A stretch of 64,000 nt of DNA from Octopus vulgaris (GCA_951406725.2 OX597814.1:13888001-13952000), one strand, 5' to 3'. Positions 43,614 through 58,749 are shown, counted from the stretch's first letter. Numbers and translations: made by a program. The notes: generated from the letters alone by a model not told the origin.

Positions 43614-43681
<68 letters not shown>

Positions 43682-43683
43682 TT

Positions 43684-43750
<67 letters not shown>

Positions 43751-44470
43751 AGTAAATATATTTATCTGTGTATGTGTGTGTGTGTTTGTGTAGACGCACA
43801 TAACATATATATTCTTTCATATGTCATGGCAAGTAAATAAGAACTGGCTGTATGGAGAGACTTTATTACACATTCCATGTGCCACCTAAGATCTTTTTTT
43901 CTTTTAGTTTTGGGAATTTAATATGATTTTCCAGTATTTGTTGACTCATCATCTTCTAAGAGTGACTTCTGAAAAACTGTTTGTGTGAATGTGAATTAGT
44001 ATGAGGGAAAGAGCCTTTTCGTTTTAACCATCAGATCGCAGTTAAATTCCTTTCTCTATTCTCCTTCAATCTTGCTTTGCTTAGCAATCTCTCAACTGAT
44101 TTAATTCCGTAATACCTTTCTTTCCTATATTTTTAACGAACTACCTACATTTTTGTATCCCCACCACCAAGTTTTTTTAGTAAGCATTTTTAACAAATTG
44201 TAAGATCCTTGTAGACATACCATTCTTTTCACGAACCATTTCTCTTTCTCTAAAGTATTAGTAGGTAAAGGTAACGGTATAATTGAAAGAGCTCGGTGTC
44301 AAAGCCTGAAGTACGCGTCAAATTGTACTTAATATGTGTGTGTGTGTGCGTGTGCGTATAAGTGTGTGTGCGTGTGTGCGTGTGGGTTTGTGTGTGTTAA
44401 ATTCATACATATACACAAATGTTCACATATATGCGGACGTGATGTACGCATATATATACGTACACACACA

Positions 44471-44530
<60 letters not shown>

Positions 44531-45829
44531 CGAATGCTGGAAAAATTGTACTTCAAGCTAATGGATATCGTGTGTCTGACTATGTCCGATGGAGGGCAAT
44601 TTACAATTTATTATTTTCTAAAATTGACACTGAACAATAAATGTATCTGTTTTGTTTTACCCGACTAAAAAAATTGAAGAACATACCCTGGTATGGGTGC
44701 TGTAAAATTATATGACTATATCATAAAATAAGAAAAGGAAATATGCTTAGTAGCAAAATTTTATCATAAATGAAATTGAATACACTTTAGATACATTTGG
44801 AGATATATAACGCACCGTAACGTTAAAAACAGTTTCAAGTAATTGCCTTCGTTTACTTAACAGAGCCTCATAAATCATGACATACGTAATAATGAAAGCT
44901 AAACGCATATTTTTATCTATTATACGTTAAGGTCTCTAAATGTAGAGAAAGATCGATTTATCTTCGTTACTTGGAAATCTAATATCTATATTCGATTAAC
45001 TGGTACATTCTCTTAAAAAATGAAAACAAGCGCTTCAATTAGATTTGAACTCATAAAAGAAAGCGTAGAAAATGCATTTTATTTAGCCTGTCTCTCTATC
45101 GATGTATTCATACACATATCTTTCAAAATATATTAAAACAGAAGCTCACACAAATGTAAGCAGGCACTAAAACTTATCCATGTATTCAGCAAATACAACG
45201 AAATTACCTTTTATGAGAACCAACCAACCGGAACGACTGATAGCCGTTCGCTACAGAGAAGCCAACTAGGCAGAACGACAAACTTCACCACTGGAAAAAC
45301 AAGATGTCACTAGAAATTTAACGAATAACAAATCAGATCCGCTCCCTGGAGAAATTATAAATTCCCCGGATTCCAAAACACAACGCTACAAGCGAAAGTT
45401 CCTAGACACGACGGAAACAGGATCGCAGAAACTGTAAACCAAATCCCTTGTTTTACTATCTTCATTTCTCCCTTGTTTTTGTTTCCCTCTTAATTCAGTA
45501 TGGCTGAAACTTTGACGATATTCATTTTTGTCGATCACTACTAACATTAATGTGTTCTGTACGTTCAAACAAGTAGATGCAAATTTTTTTTATTATTGAC
45601 TATTATAAACAATTAAACTTGTTAACATCGAAATTTCTAATACATAACTCTAAATTTGTCTGTTATGAAATTGTTATGAACTTGACAACATTGAAATTTT
45701 TAAAGATGTCTTTCTTATTCATAATTTTAGAGTTTTACCATTGATAATTAATATATATGAAACTATTTTGTTATAAATGTAAATAAATTTATTTTAAATT
45801 TAGGTGTATTTTCAACAATTTTGCTTATA

Positions 45830-45871
<42 letters not shown>

Positions 45872-46041
45872 TGACGTCGGCAACTGGTTTTTGCATGATT
45901 ATTTAGGGTTTCGGTTTCGAAACCCGGATGGGATTAAGTTACTAAAAATGGTCTTTTTACATACTGAACACTACTTGGTAAAATTAATAAATAATTAATT
46001 AATTTTACCCTTTTATTATTGTTATATGTATATATATATAA

Positions 46042-46096
<55 letters not shown>

Positions 46097-46179
46097 CGTT
46101 ACAATATCATAAATCAGGAGTAGAGCATACCCTATAAAATATAGACTACTTGTATATTTTTGTATGTGTAACGTAATAG

Positions 46180-46720
46180 TTTACAAAAAAAAATAATTGG
46201 CTTCATATCTAACGTGAATTAGGCATCTCTTCAGTTTCTCTAAATGATAACCGTTTTCTGCAAAGAATGTTTTTTTAAACACAAGAACGCCGTACATACT
46301 CTTAAAATTATGACAAGAATGTGGGCAAATTCTCACGGCTTCTATCCATAAATTAAGGTAACCACCTGGCTCGTGTAAGTTCATGAATATTATATATCTT
46401 TCTGCCATACACATTGTTCCATTGCGATAGAGTTCGCAAGTTTCCAATAATTTCCACCTAATGTTAAAGTGCGTATGAGCGTCCTTTAGCAGCAAGTCTA
46501 GTGTTGCAAGTCTATTGTAACTGATTGGGATTTCTAATTTCGAAGTTAGAGCTCACTCAACTATTTAAAAGGAAACTGTATCACCCACTGCAATCAAAAT
46601 TCTGCATTCATACCAGAGGCGAATAATTTGTTCCTTTATCCCACAATTTTTTTTCAAAAATTTGATGCAAAGGAACTTGTAGGCAATCACCTACAGGCAG
46701 CTATAACGAAATATTTTATA
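46180..46720 (-). pseudogene. Penelope-like GIY-YIG C-terminal remnant
   Basis: LLKDAHTHFNIRWKLLETCELYRNGTMCMAERYII..LNLWIEAVRICPH matches the PLE pattern LKD..I.W.IL..Y.NG..C..E+..I..LN...E....C.H. Confidence 0.65.
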
Positions 46721-46858
46721 TAACAGAATCAAGTTTATTGAGAGAGGTACCACAAGCAAATGTACAGTATCTCATCTGTGAATGACTGAGGCAAAATGGG
46801 CCTAAATGATCGTTCTGTTTAATCAAGAATCTTGTGAATGCCATTTTGTCTTTCTCTC

Positions 46859-46906
<48 letters not shown>

Positions 46907-47334
46907 TTGTATATAGGGAAGTGTATTGTTGGAATTGAATCGGAATTTCAAAAGGTAGTAACTGTTTAAAATGCATTTATTTACATAAATACCAAACAAG
47001 ATTCAGCATTATTTTTGTTTATCAGTGGTAAGAGAGTAAAATTATGAATTAGAAAAACATCTTTAAAAGTTTCACTGTTAACACATTTAAATGTTTCAAT
47101 GTTGGCAAATTAACATGTTTAAAACATAAATTTAGCATTATGAATGAGGAGCACAGGTGCATGTTTGAATGTTAATAGCAGTCAATAATATGAAAACTGT
47201 ATATCAGTTTGTTTTAATGTACAAAGTCTATTAATGTTAGTCGTGATCGACAAGTCATACTGAGTTAAGCGAGGAAAAAAACAAGAGAGAAATGAAAATA
47301 GTAAAAAAGTAAAAAGATATTTCGTTTACAGTTT

Positions 47335-47540
47335 CTCTAATCGTCTTCCCCTAGACGTTTTCGCTACTAGCGTTATGGTTTGGGATCATGTATTTATAAT
47401 TTTTTCCTGCGTCGAAAAGCCCCCCTTCTCTTTTGTTATATATATATATATATATATTCCTGAGCGTCTTACTAATACATCTGTTTGTTTTGTACACCAC
47501 TTGTCTTTGTCTTTTGTTTTTTTCGTAAACTCTCCTATAT
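47335..47540 (+). mobile_element. pLTR fragment of the 17461 family
   Basis: ttcctgagcgtc..ctaatacatctgtttgttttgtacacc..tgtctttgtcttttgttttt is reverse-homologous to 17465-17535. Confidence 0.6.
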
Positions 47541-47545
47541 ATGTA

Positions 47546-47620
<75 letters not shown>

Positions 47621-48089
47621 ATATATTTATTTATATATAGAGGGCATTATTATACATAGATGCCACACGCTAAGAGGAACAAAAAGTCATTTCTACCAAA
47701 AATTTTACTAATCCCACCGAATGCAATCTTTCAAAGCAAGACATTTAAAAATATAGACTTGTATCACCTGTGATTTCGTACTTATGTACTCTTCAGCAAG
47801 CCTGGACGTATCATACATAAACGACCCTGTCTCGTCGAAGCCAAGCAGCTAACTGTTCAACTTCAACGAAGCACATGGGGGAGTTTACATATATTACATC
47901 CGGTAAATGGCAGGCTTCTTCGAATTGCATTTCGGGTGGGGGAAAGTTTTTTCGGAATAAAATTATTTAGCAATTAAGGACAACTTCTTAATAAGGAATC
48001 TTAATAAGAAATTATCAGGTAGATAGCGTGAAAAACCTCATAAGAGAAAGATTTCGAAAATAATTCTTTCTTATTGAACATATTGAACA

Positions 48090-48240
48090 TTGCAACCCAT
48101 TTCTAAACCTGAGTGAACTGGAGCAACATGAAATAAAGGTTCTTGCTCAAGAACACAACATACAACTCGCTCCGGGAATCGAACTCACTACTTCATGATT
48201 GTAAACCTGACGCTCTATCCACAGAACCATGCTCCTTGCA
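48090..48240 (-). mobile_element. tRNA-derived SINE fragment
   Basis: gtgaactggagcaacatgaaataaag.tcttgctcaagaacacaac..ccgggaatcgaactc (reverse B-box). Confidence 0.7.
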
Positions 48241-50436
48241 TGTGTGTGTGTGTGAGAATGGGTGTGTATAAATAAATTCCCTATTTTTTCATCATATTCT
48301 AAATTCTAAAAGTAGGATCATCTCGAAATTTTAAATTTGTCACAATAACAAGCTTAGCTGTCAATATTTCTGTCTGAATTTATATCAAATTCATTCTATG
48401 TGAGTCACGTTATTTTTATGTACGTATTGATAGATTATAAAACTTGGTTACTCATGCACTGTATTCAACATATATTTTTCTAAATTTCAGTCAAACACAC
48501 TATATGTAATATCCAAAATAATCTCTTTAACTCTTTGCGTTTTTTCCTTTCTAAAAACGTATTAAGGTGCCATTGCAATATTTCCAATTATTCCTGTATT
48601 CTCGTATGTGTATATATTGAATGTCGCCCAGATATTTTGCAAAGATGTAGTACTCCTATAATCACTAAATCAACTGCTAAACTATTACAAAGGCCATATA
48701 ACAGCAATAGTAACTTCTTCACCCCTCTATCTTTCAGGCGATGTGTAATAAAAGTGGCAAATACATGTAAGTGATTTCTAATATATTTTATAAATGGAAA
48801 CTACCTAAAATATATGATACAATGGTGCTAATATTCATATAAATTTTCTTTTTTGTGTATATGTATGTTTGTGTTCGAATGCGTATGTGTGTTTTTGTGT
48901 ATATGCATAATTTAGTATGCCTTCATATCGATTCGTGGTAAGCTTTGAAGTTAGATTTATGATTTCTGATACCAATATTTTCTTTCACAATTTCTTTCTG
49001 TTCCTAGAATCCTTCAATTAAAATACACCCCGCGAGGCTACTGTGAGTTTAAATACTTTTCTAAGATATTTAAAAATTAAAAGTGTGAAAAGGGAGGAAT
49101 CTGCATGGTTAAGATTATAAAGGAACTAATCTTTTAGTAGCCAGAGGCCAACTTTGTGAAATATGTAAGCTATATTACAACAGAGAATAACTATTCAATT
49201 CATATTCGCAATGATTGAATTCGTCTTTAACTAATTTTTAATTGAAACAAATATTTACACAATGATAAATGTTAATCTTAAATAAATAGCAGTTTGCTAA
49301 ATGCTTCTGGATATTATACACTGAAGAATAACACCCTTTCACTTTTTAAATAACAGTCTGTTTTGAAGTGTTTTAATTAATGATTCCAAATAATTATAGT
49401 AGATTATGGAGCCAGAATCATACCAAAGGTGGCTATTTTAACCTCCTACCTATACACGCACACAAACACACACACACCACACACACATATATATACTCAT
49501 ATACATACAAACGTATATATTTATTTATTTATTTATATGTATATATAAGTCTGTGTATGTGTGTGTTTGTGAGTTTGTGTGTGTATATAGAGGTCATAAA
49601 GTGACGGAAGGTAATGACCAGCACCATCTATTACTAGAAAGATGTGTTAAAATAACTCAAAAGCCACAAAGCACTGTGCTTAATGACTGACAAAGGGAAA
49701 CGAGTCTCCGATGTATATAGCCGGAACGAACGAATTCAGAGTTTTATGTTCGCGTCTTAATCCACGTCAGCATTCTTAATGCCTAGGGTTAAACTCAACA
49801 ACATTTGTCAATCTTATAAGAAACACCGTTGCAAATCTGTGCTGATATTTATAGCGGTAAAGAGCGAACAATAAATTAAATGGGTGGCTTATTAGCAATT
49901 TAAAACTAAAGGTAAAATAAACAAACGTCACAACAGCGATAGGGGGAACAGTACTTTACGGCTTTTGAATTATTTTAACACATCTTTCTAGCAATAGCTG
50001 GTGCTGTTCAGTACCCTCCGTCGCTTGTGTGACCTATATTAATTTTGCCTTCAGGTTCAAATTGTTAATAAGCCATATATATTACATATATATATATATA
50101 TAAAGAAAAAAATTAGATTTAATTGATTTAGTTACTTACAGTTGAAGCACCAAGTCAGTCCGGTATTATTAGCACACCTCAAAGTAAGGAGAATAAAAAC
50201 AAAATAAGCACAAGAATGGTTATTAAACTGATTCTTGTTCTTTAATCAAAATAGACCTAGACTTCTGGTCTCAGATTTAATAGATGATAAAGAGATAAAT
50301 AGATTAGAAATGATTTACAAACCTTACAACCCTATGACCCCACTCTGTTCTATGCGATTCTAAGACATTGTAGTCTATTCTTAGCAACTTTGCTACAGTA
50401 GCGACAACATGAATTTCTTCCATCTCATTACACTGT

Positions 50437-50975
50437 TACAATCCTTAAAATCCTGAAAAATGTTTCAGCCCGAAGTCTGAGGCCATGCTGGGGCACCACC
50501 GTTGAATGAGCTACACTAGTATGTGAAACCACCTCCGATACGTGGCACTTGATCAACAAGGGAGTTCGATGCCGCTGCCGCATCTGTGTCTCCTGCCGAG
50601 AAGTAGGTTCATCTGGGACCTCTGACAAGAAGAGATCCAGTTTAGTTTTTAAAAAAACCCACATCCACATCATGCAAGTCTCTCAGGTATTTAGGGATGA
50701 TCTTGAAGAGCTGTGGTCCTCTGAAATCCAAGCTGTTGCAGTATCTAGTCCTGTATTTTGATGGTGATGTTGGAATCTTTGGCACCATGCAGTGGCACCC
50801 CGTTCTGCGGTTGGGGTAACTTTGAATACCAAAGTTTGGGAGAAGACCCTCCAGGATTTTCCGGATGTGTATCACTGCATATCTCTCCCACCTTCGCTCC
50901 AGGGAGAAGAGTATTTTTTAATAGTTTCAATCTTTTTCAGTAGCTGATATGTTGCATTAAGACGATCTTCTTAGT
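50437..50975 (-). mobile_element. CR1/L2-group LINE, 5'-truncated 3' end
   Basis: SLERR.ERYAVIHIRKILEGLLPN..YCNSLDFRGPQLFKIIPKYLRDL..FKTKLDLFLSEVPDEP, then a 3' UTR and a short AGGATT-like tail. Confidence 0.85.
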
Positions 50976-51165
50976 AATATTTAAGAAAAATTATTTTTAT
51001 GTCTCCTACTTGTTAAAAATGTCTATATATTGTGCAGCTGCTGATAGCACTCCAATTAAACAAGCGTAACGATTTCATTGATCGGTTAAATGTAGCCGCT
51101 TGAAACGGTCGTACTGCATTAATACTTCTTGTCTTATTGCTTATGTTGATTATATATATACATAG

Positions 51166-51231
<66 letters not shown>

Positions 51232-51270
51232 GCATATATATGCATATATATATATATGCATACATATGTA

Positions 51271-51302
<32 letters not shown>

Positions 51303-51320
51303 GGCATATATATTAATATA

Positions 51321-51530
51321 CAGGGTCGCACAAAAGTAGATTGTAGTTATCACGTAGGCAGTTTAAACTTCTTTTAAAAATTTTATTACATTCAAATTTC
51401 TATCTCACAATTGACTAAATTACCATTGAAAAATAGTTTAATATTTCTTTCATAATGAAGACCTAACTGCTAATATATGAATGCAAAACAAATAGTTGAA
51501 TAACTGCAAACCTAATTTGGGGTCACACTG
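51321..51530. mobile_element. Tc1/mariner-type MITE, copy 1
   Basis: TA|CAGGGTCGCACAAAAGTAG..ATAACTGCAAACCTAATTTGGGGTCACACTG. Confidence 0.75.
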
Positions 51531-51538
51531 TGTGTGTG

Positions 51539-51586
<48 letters not shown>

Positions 51587-51843
51587 TATATATATATATG
51601 AATAAATAGAAAATGCTAAAATAATTTTATAAAGAACATTTCAGTACCGGTTTCAGTCATTTTGAGACCTTTTCAACTTTAACGATTAAATAATTAAAAT
51701 TAGAAAAATTAAAAGAAATGTTTTTTTAAGGAATATTTGTATAGTGTTCAAATATAAGTGGTATGCTCCTTGTTTCTGCCTTGCTCTGTCTCTCTTGTTC
51801 ACACTTGTGGGTTCGAGGTCATTGTATATATATATATATACAT

Positions 51844-51876
<33 letters not shown>

Positions 51877-51947
51877 CAAGCACACATATGTATATATATA
51901 TATATATATATGCATGCATAGATATGTATATATATGCATATATATGC

Positions 51948-51979
<32 letters not shown>

Positions 51980-52010
51980 ATATATATGCATGCATATATA
52001 CATAATTATA

Positions 52011-52221
52011 CAGGGTTGCCCAAATGTAGGTTTATCGTTATCACGTAGGCACTTAAAATTTCTTTTTTAAAAAAATGTCTTACATCTGTCTTACAATTAA
52101 CTAAATTACCATAGAATAATGAATGTTTAAATATTTGTTTTATAATGAAAACCTATTTGCTAATATATTTAATGCGAATCAGATAGTTGAATAACTGCAA
52201 ACCTAATTTTGAGCCAACCCG
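52011..52221. mobile_element. Tc1/mariner-type MITE, copy 2
   Basis: TA|CAGGGTTGCCCAAATGTAGGTTT..AAACCTAATTTTGAGCCAACCCG|TA; colinear with copy 1. Confidence 0.75.
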
Positions 52222-52704
52222 TATATATATATATATATATACATATACACGAAGAGTCTATATATGTCTTTATATTTACTATTGGAAATTTGCTATGGTC
52301 CCCTCTTAGACACCATCCCAACCGCTCTAGATTGAGTAACATATTCTTCTGTTAATTTGTCCACACGCCCTTAGATTACGACCAACGTCTGATGAAAGGA
52401 TATGGTTTCTTAATTCTTATCTTTCCTTCTCTGTTTGGCCTGTTTTACAGAGATAATATCTCTAGTATTTTGATGATAATGGCTCGCAAAATTTACATCT
52501 ACTTGGATATTTCGATCTCAGAACAATGATATTCAACATTCTTTTTCACGCCTACCTCTCGTACTCTTTCTTTTTCACTCTTTTTGCCACCTTATCGCTT
52601 TTGCCTTCTCTGCGGGTTGTTCTAACGTATTTAATTGAATCTATTTTATCGGGTTTTGTAATATGACTAAAACATCTGCTTCGTTCTTAGTTGTTTTTAT
52701 ATTT

Positions 52705-52805
52705 CTTTATTACCCACAAGGGGCTAAGCATAGAGGGGACAATCAAGGACAGACAAATGGTTTAAATCGATTACATCGACGCCACTGAGTAGCTGGTACT
52801 TAATA
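52705..52805 (-). mobile_element. SINE family A 3' fragment
   Basis: ttctttattacccacaaggggctaa..gaggggacaa..ggacagacaa. Confidence 0.8.
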
Positions 52806-53877
52806 ATTTTTATCGGTGACCTGATTCACTTTCTTCTGCAATGCCTATCCTTAACAAAGTTTTAATATATTGATTTACACTATTACTCCATTGTTTGTGC
52901 TTTTTAATTGTTTGAAAACCACGAACATGAATTTGCATATCTAACTGCGATGCTGAACTTTGCCGATTGAAATTTTATATCTCTATGCTTGACAATGCCC
53001 TATTTGTATTCACTATAGATGTATCTAGATATATATATATATTTATCCTCAGTATGTTTTAAATAAATATATGTATATTATAAAACGAAACCATGTTTCT
53101 GACGTATCTCAAAATACATTGTTTATGCCGACAGATAGGAAAAGAGTTACTTGCAGGTATCTAAAACATTATTACGCCCTCTATGGTTTCGAAACACAGG
53201 TCCTCTACATAATTGCCTTATTATTTCAGTATATTCAAATCCTGTATACATACAGTATGTTTCCATTTGTTCAATCTATCAAATGTATATTGCTCGAAAT
53301 AATTGTTATCTAATTCTTAAGCTACATCAATGTCATTAATTATAATATAGACATCTTTATTCAGTTTAGGTACTCAACAAAATACTGTTTCAAAGATCAC
53401 TCCACTAATGGAAAACGAAACAGATTTGACATCTGTTAGTTTCAATGTAAAAGTCATAATGTTTTAATTCAACATTAATATCATTACAAAAAAGACACGA
53501 ATGTGTGGACGCATTTCATCAAAATTATACTCAGTCCGGCTTCAGCTGAAATAGAATAAAGATAGGAAGAATGAGGTACATCAGATATGTATATCCATAT
53601 ATCCACTTCCATAAATCAATAAATGCATTACAGCTTTCAACATTTAACGTTTTTGGTTTCGAGAGAACCAATTAATGGAAATAATATGTATAATGTGCAA
53701 TATTTCTTAATAATGATGTTTTCCTAACTGTAAGACTATATAAAAACAAAGTAGTGCCGTGTTCACTGACAAAATCAATATTGTATTACAATGATATATA
53801 AAGAAAGTAGGATTAGACTGATATGTTATACTTATAATAATAACCTATTGCCGAACAGCAATATACATAAATATACA

Positions 53878-53922
<45 letters not shown>

Positions 53923-54009
53923 CTTACTATAAAGGTATTTTAATATGCTGCCACATTTCATGATGAAATTCTTTTTCTGTAGAGAAAAAAACTTCATCCT
54001 ATATTAGTA

Positions 54010-54059
<50 letters not shown>

Positions 54060-54066
<7 letters not shown>

Positions 54067-54818
54067 AAACACCTTTTATCAATTCTATAATGAAAAATCA
54101 AGTTACACCATTTAGAAAAATTACATATTATAGAAATATAAAATATAAGTTAAAACATATAACAATGATTAAGAAATGTTCAAAATAATAAATAAAACGT
54201 ATATATTTGGTAGAATAACAACACGTGTTTCGTGGCTATATTTAAGAAATGATAATAGTAAAAATAATAGTAGTATTAGTAAAATCACTTCAATATAGAT
54301 ATAGCCACTCTTGCTACTCTTAAGGTTAAAGATAACAACAATAATAAAATAGTTAATTAATAAAATAAATAATTAGATAAATTAATAAATATACGTAAAT
54401 AATCTTGTAAAATACGAAATATCTTAACAAATATATTCTTGTTTAAAAAATAAGATACTTGTGTCATGAATTAATATATTAATTAAAATGAGTCATTCAT
54501 TTTAAATTCTGTTGTATTGTATATTCCGTTGGATTTTATTCATAAGGTATTGGAATCTGACATATATACCATTCTGCCTAAAAAATGGATCTACAACTTC
54601 AGTATCACTACACATCTCAAATCAGTTTTCTTTCCTTCACCTCACTCTCTGTTTTATATCCTATCTAAATTAACTATTTCTTAACCATCCTCTCACACTG
54701 TCTCCGATGAAGGGTTATAATTAATAAATAACCTCGAAACAGCTGTAAAACCTTCTAACTAAAAATGTTCTATCTACGCAGCCTTGTTTTTTTTTTATCT
54801 CATTACGCGAAAAAATCT

Positions 54819-54825
<7 letters not shown>
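54060..54825. mobile_element. PLE pLTR-like composite with two oppositely oriented HHR-like motifs
   Basis: Minus motif at 54213-54319, plus motif at 54700-54751; (TA)n on both sides. Confidence 0.65.
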
Positions 54826-54897
<72 letters not shown>

Positions 54898-54898
54898 T

Positions 54899-55214
54899 AA
54901 CAGAATGAGTTAAAATCTAAGGTTGTGAAAAATTTCAGAATATATATAAAAAGACGGTCTTACAGCTGTTTCCTAAATATTTTATATATCCCTTCATGCT
55001 TAAACAATTGAACTGCAGATACAATATCCATGCATATCTCACGTCTGTTTTCATTCTGCCACTTCACTCTCTATTTCATATCTTCTCTAGAATAACTATT
55101 GTTTAACCATCTCCTCCCATCGTCTCCGATGAAGGAATATATAAAATATTCCGGAAAGAGCTTTATAAATGTTCTGAAATCTTTCACAGCCTTGGATTTT
55201 TATCTCACTCTGCT
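54899..55214. mobile_element. PLE pLTR-like inverted-repeat module
   Basis: Arms about 54899-54997 and 55128-55214; homologous to 54600-54800; contains gtctCCGATGAagg and, on the minus strand, GAAACAGCTGTAagac. Confidence 0.7.
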
Positions 55215-57622
55215 AATTTTTTTATATACGCATGCTGATATATGAGCAACGTTGGGCTCCTCACTCGCATGATCACTGAACCTGGAGCTTTGATATATTC
55301 TGTCCATAGCACTTACTCAGCATTCTTGACAACGTTACCTCTCATAACCTATATATATATATATATTCACATGTGCAAGCATTTACATATATTGCATGAT
55401 GTATCGCAAACCAATAAGAAGATGTTATACAGTTAAAACGAAAATATTACGAATTAACGTACTAAAATCTGATCTATTCTTTACTTTCAATGGGAATGGA
55501 TTGCAATTTAGCTATCGAAGAAAACTTCAACATTAGTCTGTAGTATATTAGATTTGAGATTTTAGTCACAACTGCGCATATAAGAACGGGAAATAGCAAA
55601 AGTGACAAGGCAACACTAACTTCCTCTCAACGACAGACCAGAGATGATTTTTAAACTGAGAATATCTGAAATAAACTCGATTGTTTTCACAAATCAGAAT
55701 ATTAAAAAAGAACCCGACCCTCTTCAGAATTAAGCAAAAAGCCGGAAAAATAAACTAGAATTCTTGTCCGGTACTTTATCAATGCCAACGTTAGTCATGG
55801 AATATGAGTGTATTTGTAGAAATATTAGCAGCAATAATAAATAGTTTATTAGAAAAGTGAGTAAAATTGATAACAGAGAAACGAAAATATAGATTTGGGA
55901 AACAGCCTAAAGGGATATAATAGAGAAAGACTTGAAAGTCAACTTAAGATCGTAATCATGTAAATTCAATATATCAAATCATAGCGAAATTCTCTATCGG
56001 GAGAATAAATAGAATAATTTACGTAGTAATATACACTACGTTACTGCCTGAAACAACAAACTGGGAGGCACACACGAAATCACTCACAAACACATACACA
56101 TGCGCACATACGTACACATACACATGCACACTCACACGCTCGCACACACACACCCGCATATGTATTTCCATTCGCGAATAAAACAGTTTAAGGGGGAAAA
56201 TTCGTCAACCTATTTTTAAAGTGGATATACTGAGACAAATTCCATTTCCTTAAGACAGATTCTTGAATTACTGTCTTAGTGTGAACAACAGCCTAGACGG
56301 AAATACACATACTGATAGTAATGTTGATATGACGATAGAATATACTTGTAGACATTTTTATTATTTTCTAATCTAGAGATCAAGACAACGTCACGTAAAC
56401 CCACTTTATGTGTGCTGGGATGTCTCGTTTTAATACTACTGCTGCCTGATATCTCACGCTTGAAATACATCAAATGTATGAAACATAATTTTCGATAGGG
56501 CTGTCGTGAGCGCTACAATATTTCTTCAAGGTGGTAATTACTGGGTCAAAATTCCTCTGATTCTGCCTGTATCAGTTCACAAGTTACCCGAATGTAGGGC
56601 CACGCACAACGAAATTGCGTCACAAGATTTTATTTGATCTCATCCAGCTTTATTTAAGATTTTCCAAAAGAAAATGAAAGAAATAAACCAAACAGTGGCC
56701 AAACAGTACGTGGAAATATTCTTGAAAGAAATTGAAGAGAAATCACATATTTTTATATATGTAATGACAAGCAAATTTCCCGTCTGTTGAATAAATTTTG
56801 TATTTTCACCTTTAGTTTTTGAAGGTGTAATTCCAATGTGGTTTTGTTAGGATGGAATAAAATATTAGTTGTAGTAGTTTGAGTGACTGCTACATTGCAC
56901 TATATATTTTAATCAACTCAATTGGATTTGTATTGAGCTTAAATATTCTAAAAGTCTATCGATCCATTGAAAACGAATCTTCCGATTGATTTGGGAATTT
57001 CTATCGGGGTACTGTTTCTGAAAATGTTATGCTTCATTCAATCTATACATTGTTCAGCAGCGCTGAAATAAGTTCAAGATCACGCATAAATCCGTAAGAT
57101 ATATTCATGAGATCATTTGCATTCTCTTAACAAACCACGGAAAGACTTCATCTAGAAATACATGTTATTAAAATTATACTACATAAAAAATTTAATAAGA
57201 ATTCGAAACAGCATTTTGCGATTTAGACATAAAGACCACAACAGTTTAAATTACTGAATTCTTTAAAAGGATTATTTCGCCACATATTGGCCAGGGTGAA
57301 GACAACCTACCTTAATGAAATCAGAAAAACTGAGTTCATCGATATTTTGTCTGCTAAACTACCTTACCAATGAAAACTACCTTCCTATTCATCTTCTTAT
57401 CTCCTTCTTATACAGTTAATATTCATATAAGAAAAAGTAAGCAATACATGCAGAAGGAGGTTTTAGATATACATTACATTATGAATGAAACGAAGGAATA
57501 AATAGCTAAGCACATTCACAAGCACACATGTCCATAACTGTCGGAATGTTTACGTCAGAAAAGTATCTCTTAAACAGTCAACACACAACCGCAAACACTC
57601 TCGCTCTTACACACACTTTCAT

Positions 57623-57672
<50 letters not shown>

Positions 57673-58524
57673 GCACAAAACTAATCAAAGAACTTGGCAG
57701 CCATTCAAGGACTAATGCAAAAGTTTGTTGCAATTGATAAAAGTTTCACTCTTCTGACCTGTCATCCAATCAAGCATATCCACAGAATACCTTTTTAGTT
57801 CATTAGTCTTCTATATTTGTATATTTGATGCTTCTTTCTATGACCATACATATGCTCATATATTGACTCAAAATGATAAAGAACATCTCAGATAAACACG
57901 CCAAGAAATTTCGTTTTATAAACTAAATCAACGGTATATAAAAAGGATAAATATTCAACAGCCCATGATTCGTAAAGAATTCCTGAAACGAATAAACGAG
58001 CTCAATAAGTGATATTTATCTGCTTCCTGACTACCTTCATTTATTGACATAAAATCTGTACATCACTACAAAGATTATACATATATTTTCGTGTGTATGT
58101 CTATGTGCTTGGACTTAGGCTCTCGTGTGCGTGAGTGAGTGCTTGTATGTATGTTTGTGTACGTGTCTGTGTGTGTGTGTGCTTGGTTGTGATTGTACGT
58201 GCGTGTATGTGTGTGTGGCAGGGTGTGTGTGTATGTGGTTGCGTACGTATCATATACAGTGAATATGTGCGGCCTAGCAATATGCAGATAAACGTATATA
58301 GCAACATGTTCTGCACGAACGATACACCAAACATAGCAAAGGAACTAATAGTGCTACAACATAAAACATGCACAATGGTAAAATCTCGCAATTGCTGCAA
58401 TTGTCAGGTTTCACAACATCTGAAATAAGCCGAATATATGTACACAGCGTATTAAGCTTCTTCAACTATAATTAGCCGCTGCTGCAGCTACTGATGATGA
58501 TAACGACAATTACCATGATGAATA

Positions 58525-58600
<76 letters not shown>

Positions 58601-58698
58601 TAAGGAGATACTAAATACAAATATATGCAAATAAATATGTATATAGATAGATAGTTGGATACATACATACCAACATGTATACATACATACTAATATGC

Positions 58699-58734
<36 letters not shown>

Positions 58735-58749
58735 GAACATATATATATA

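Noticed and set aside
52386-52410. gtCTGATGAaagg HHR 5' half
   Set aside because: No matching stem II or GAAA half downstream.
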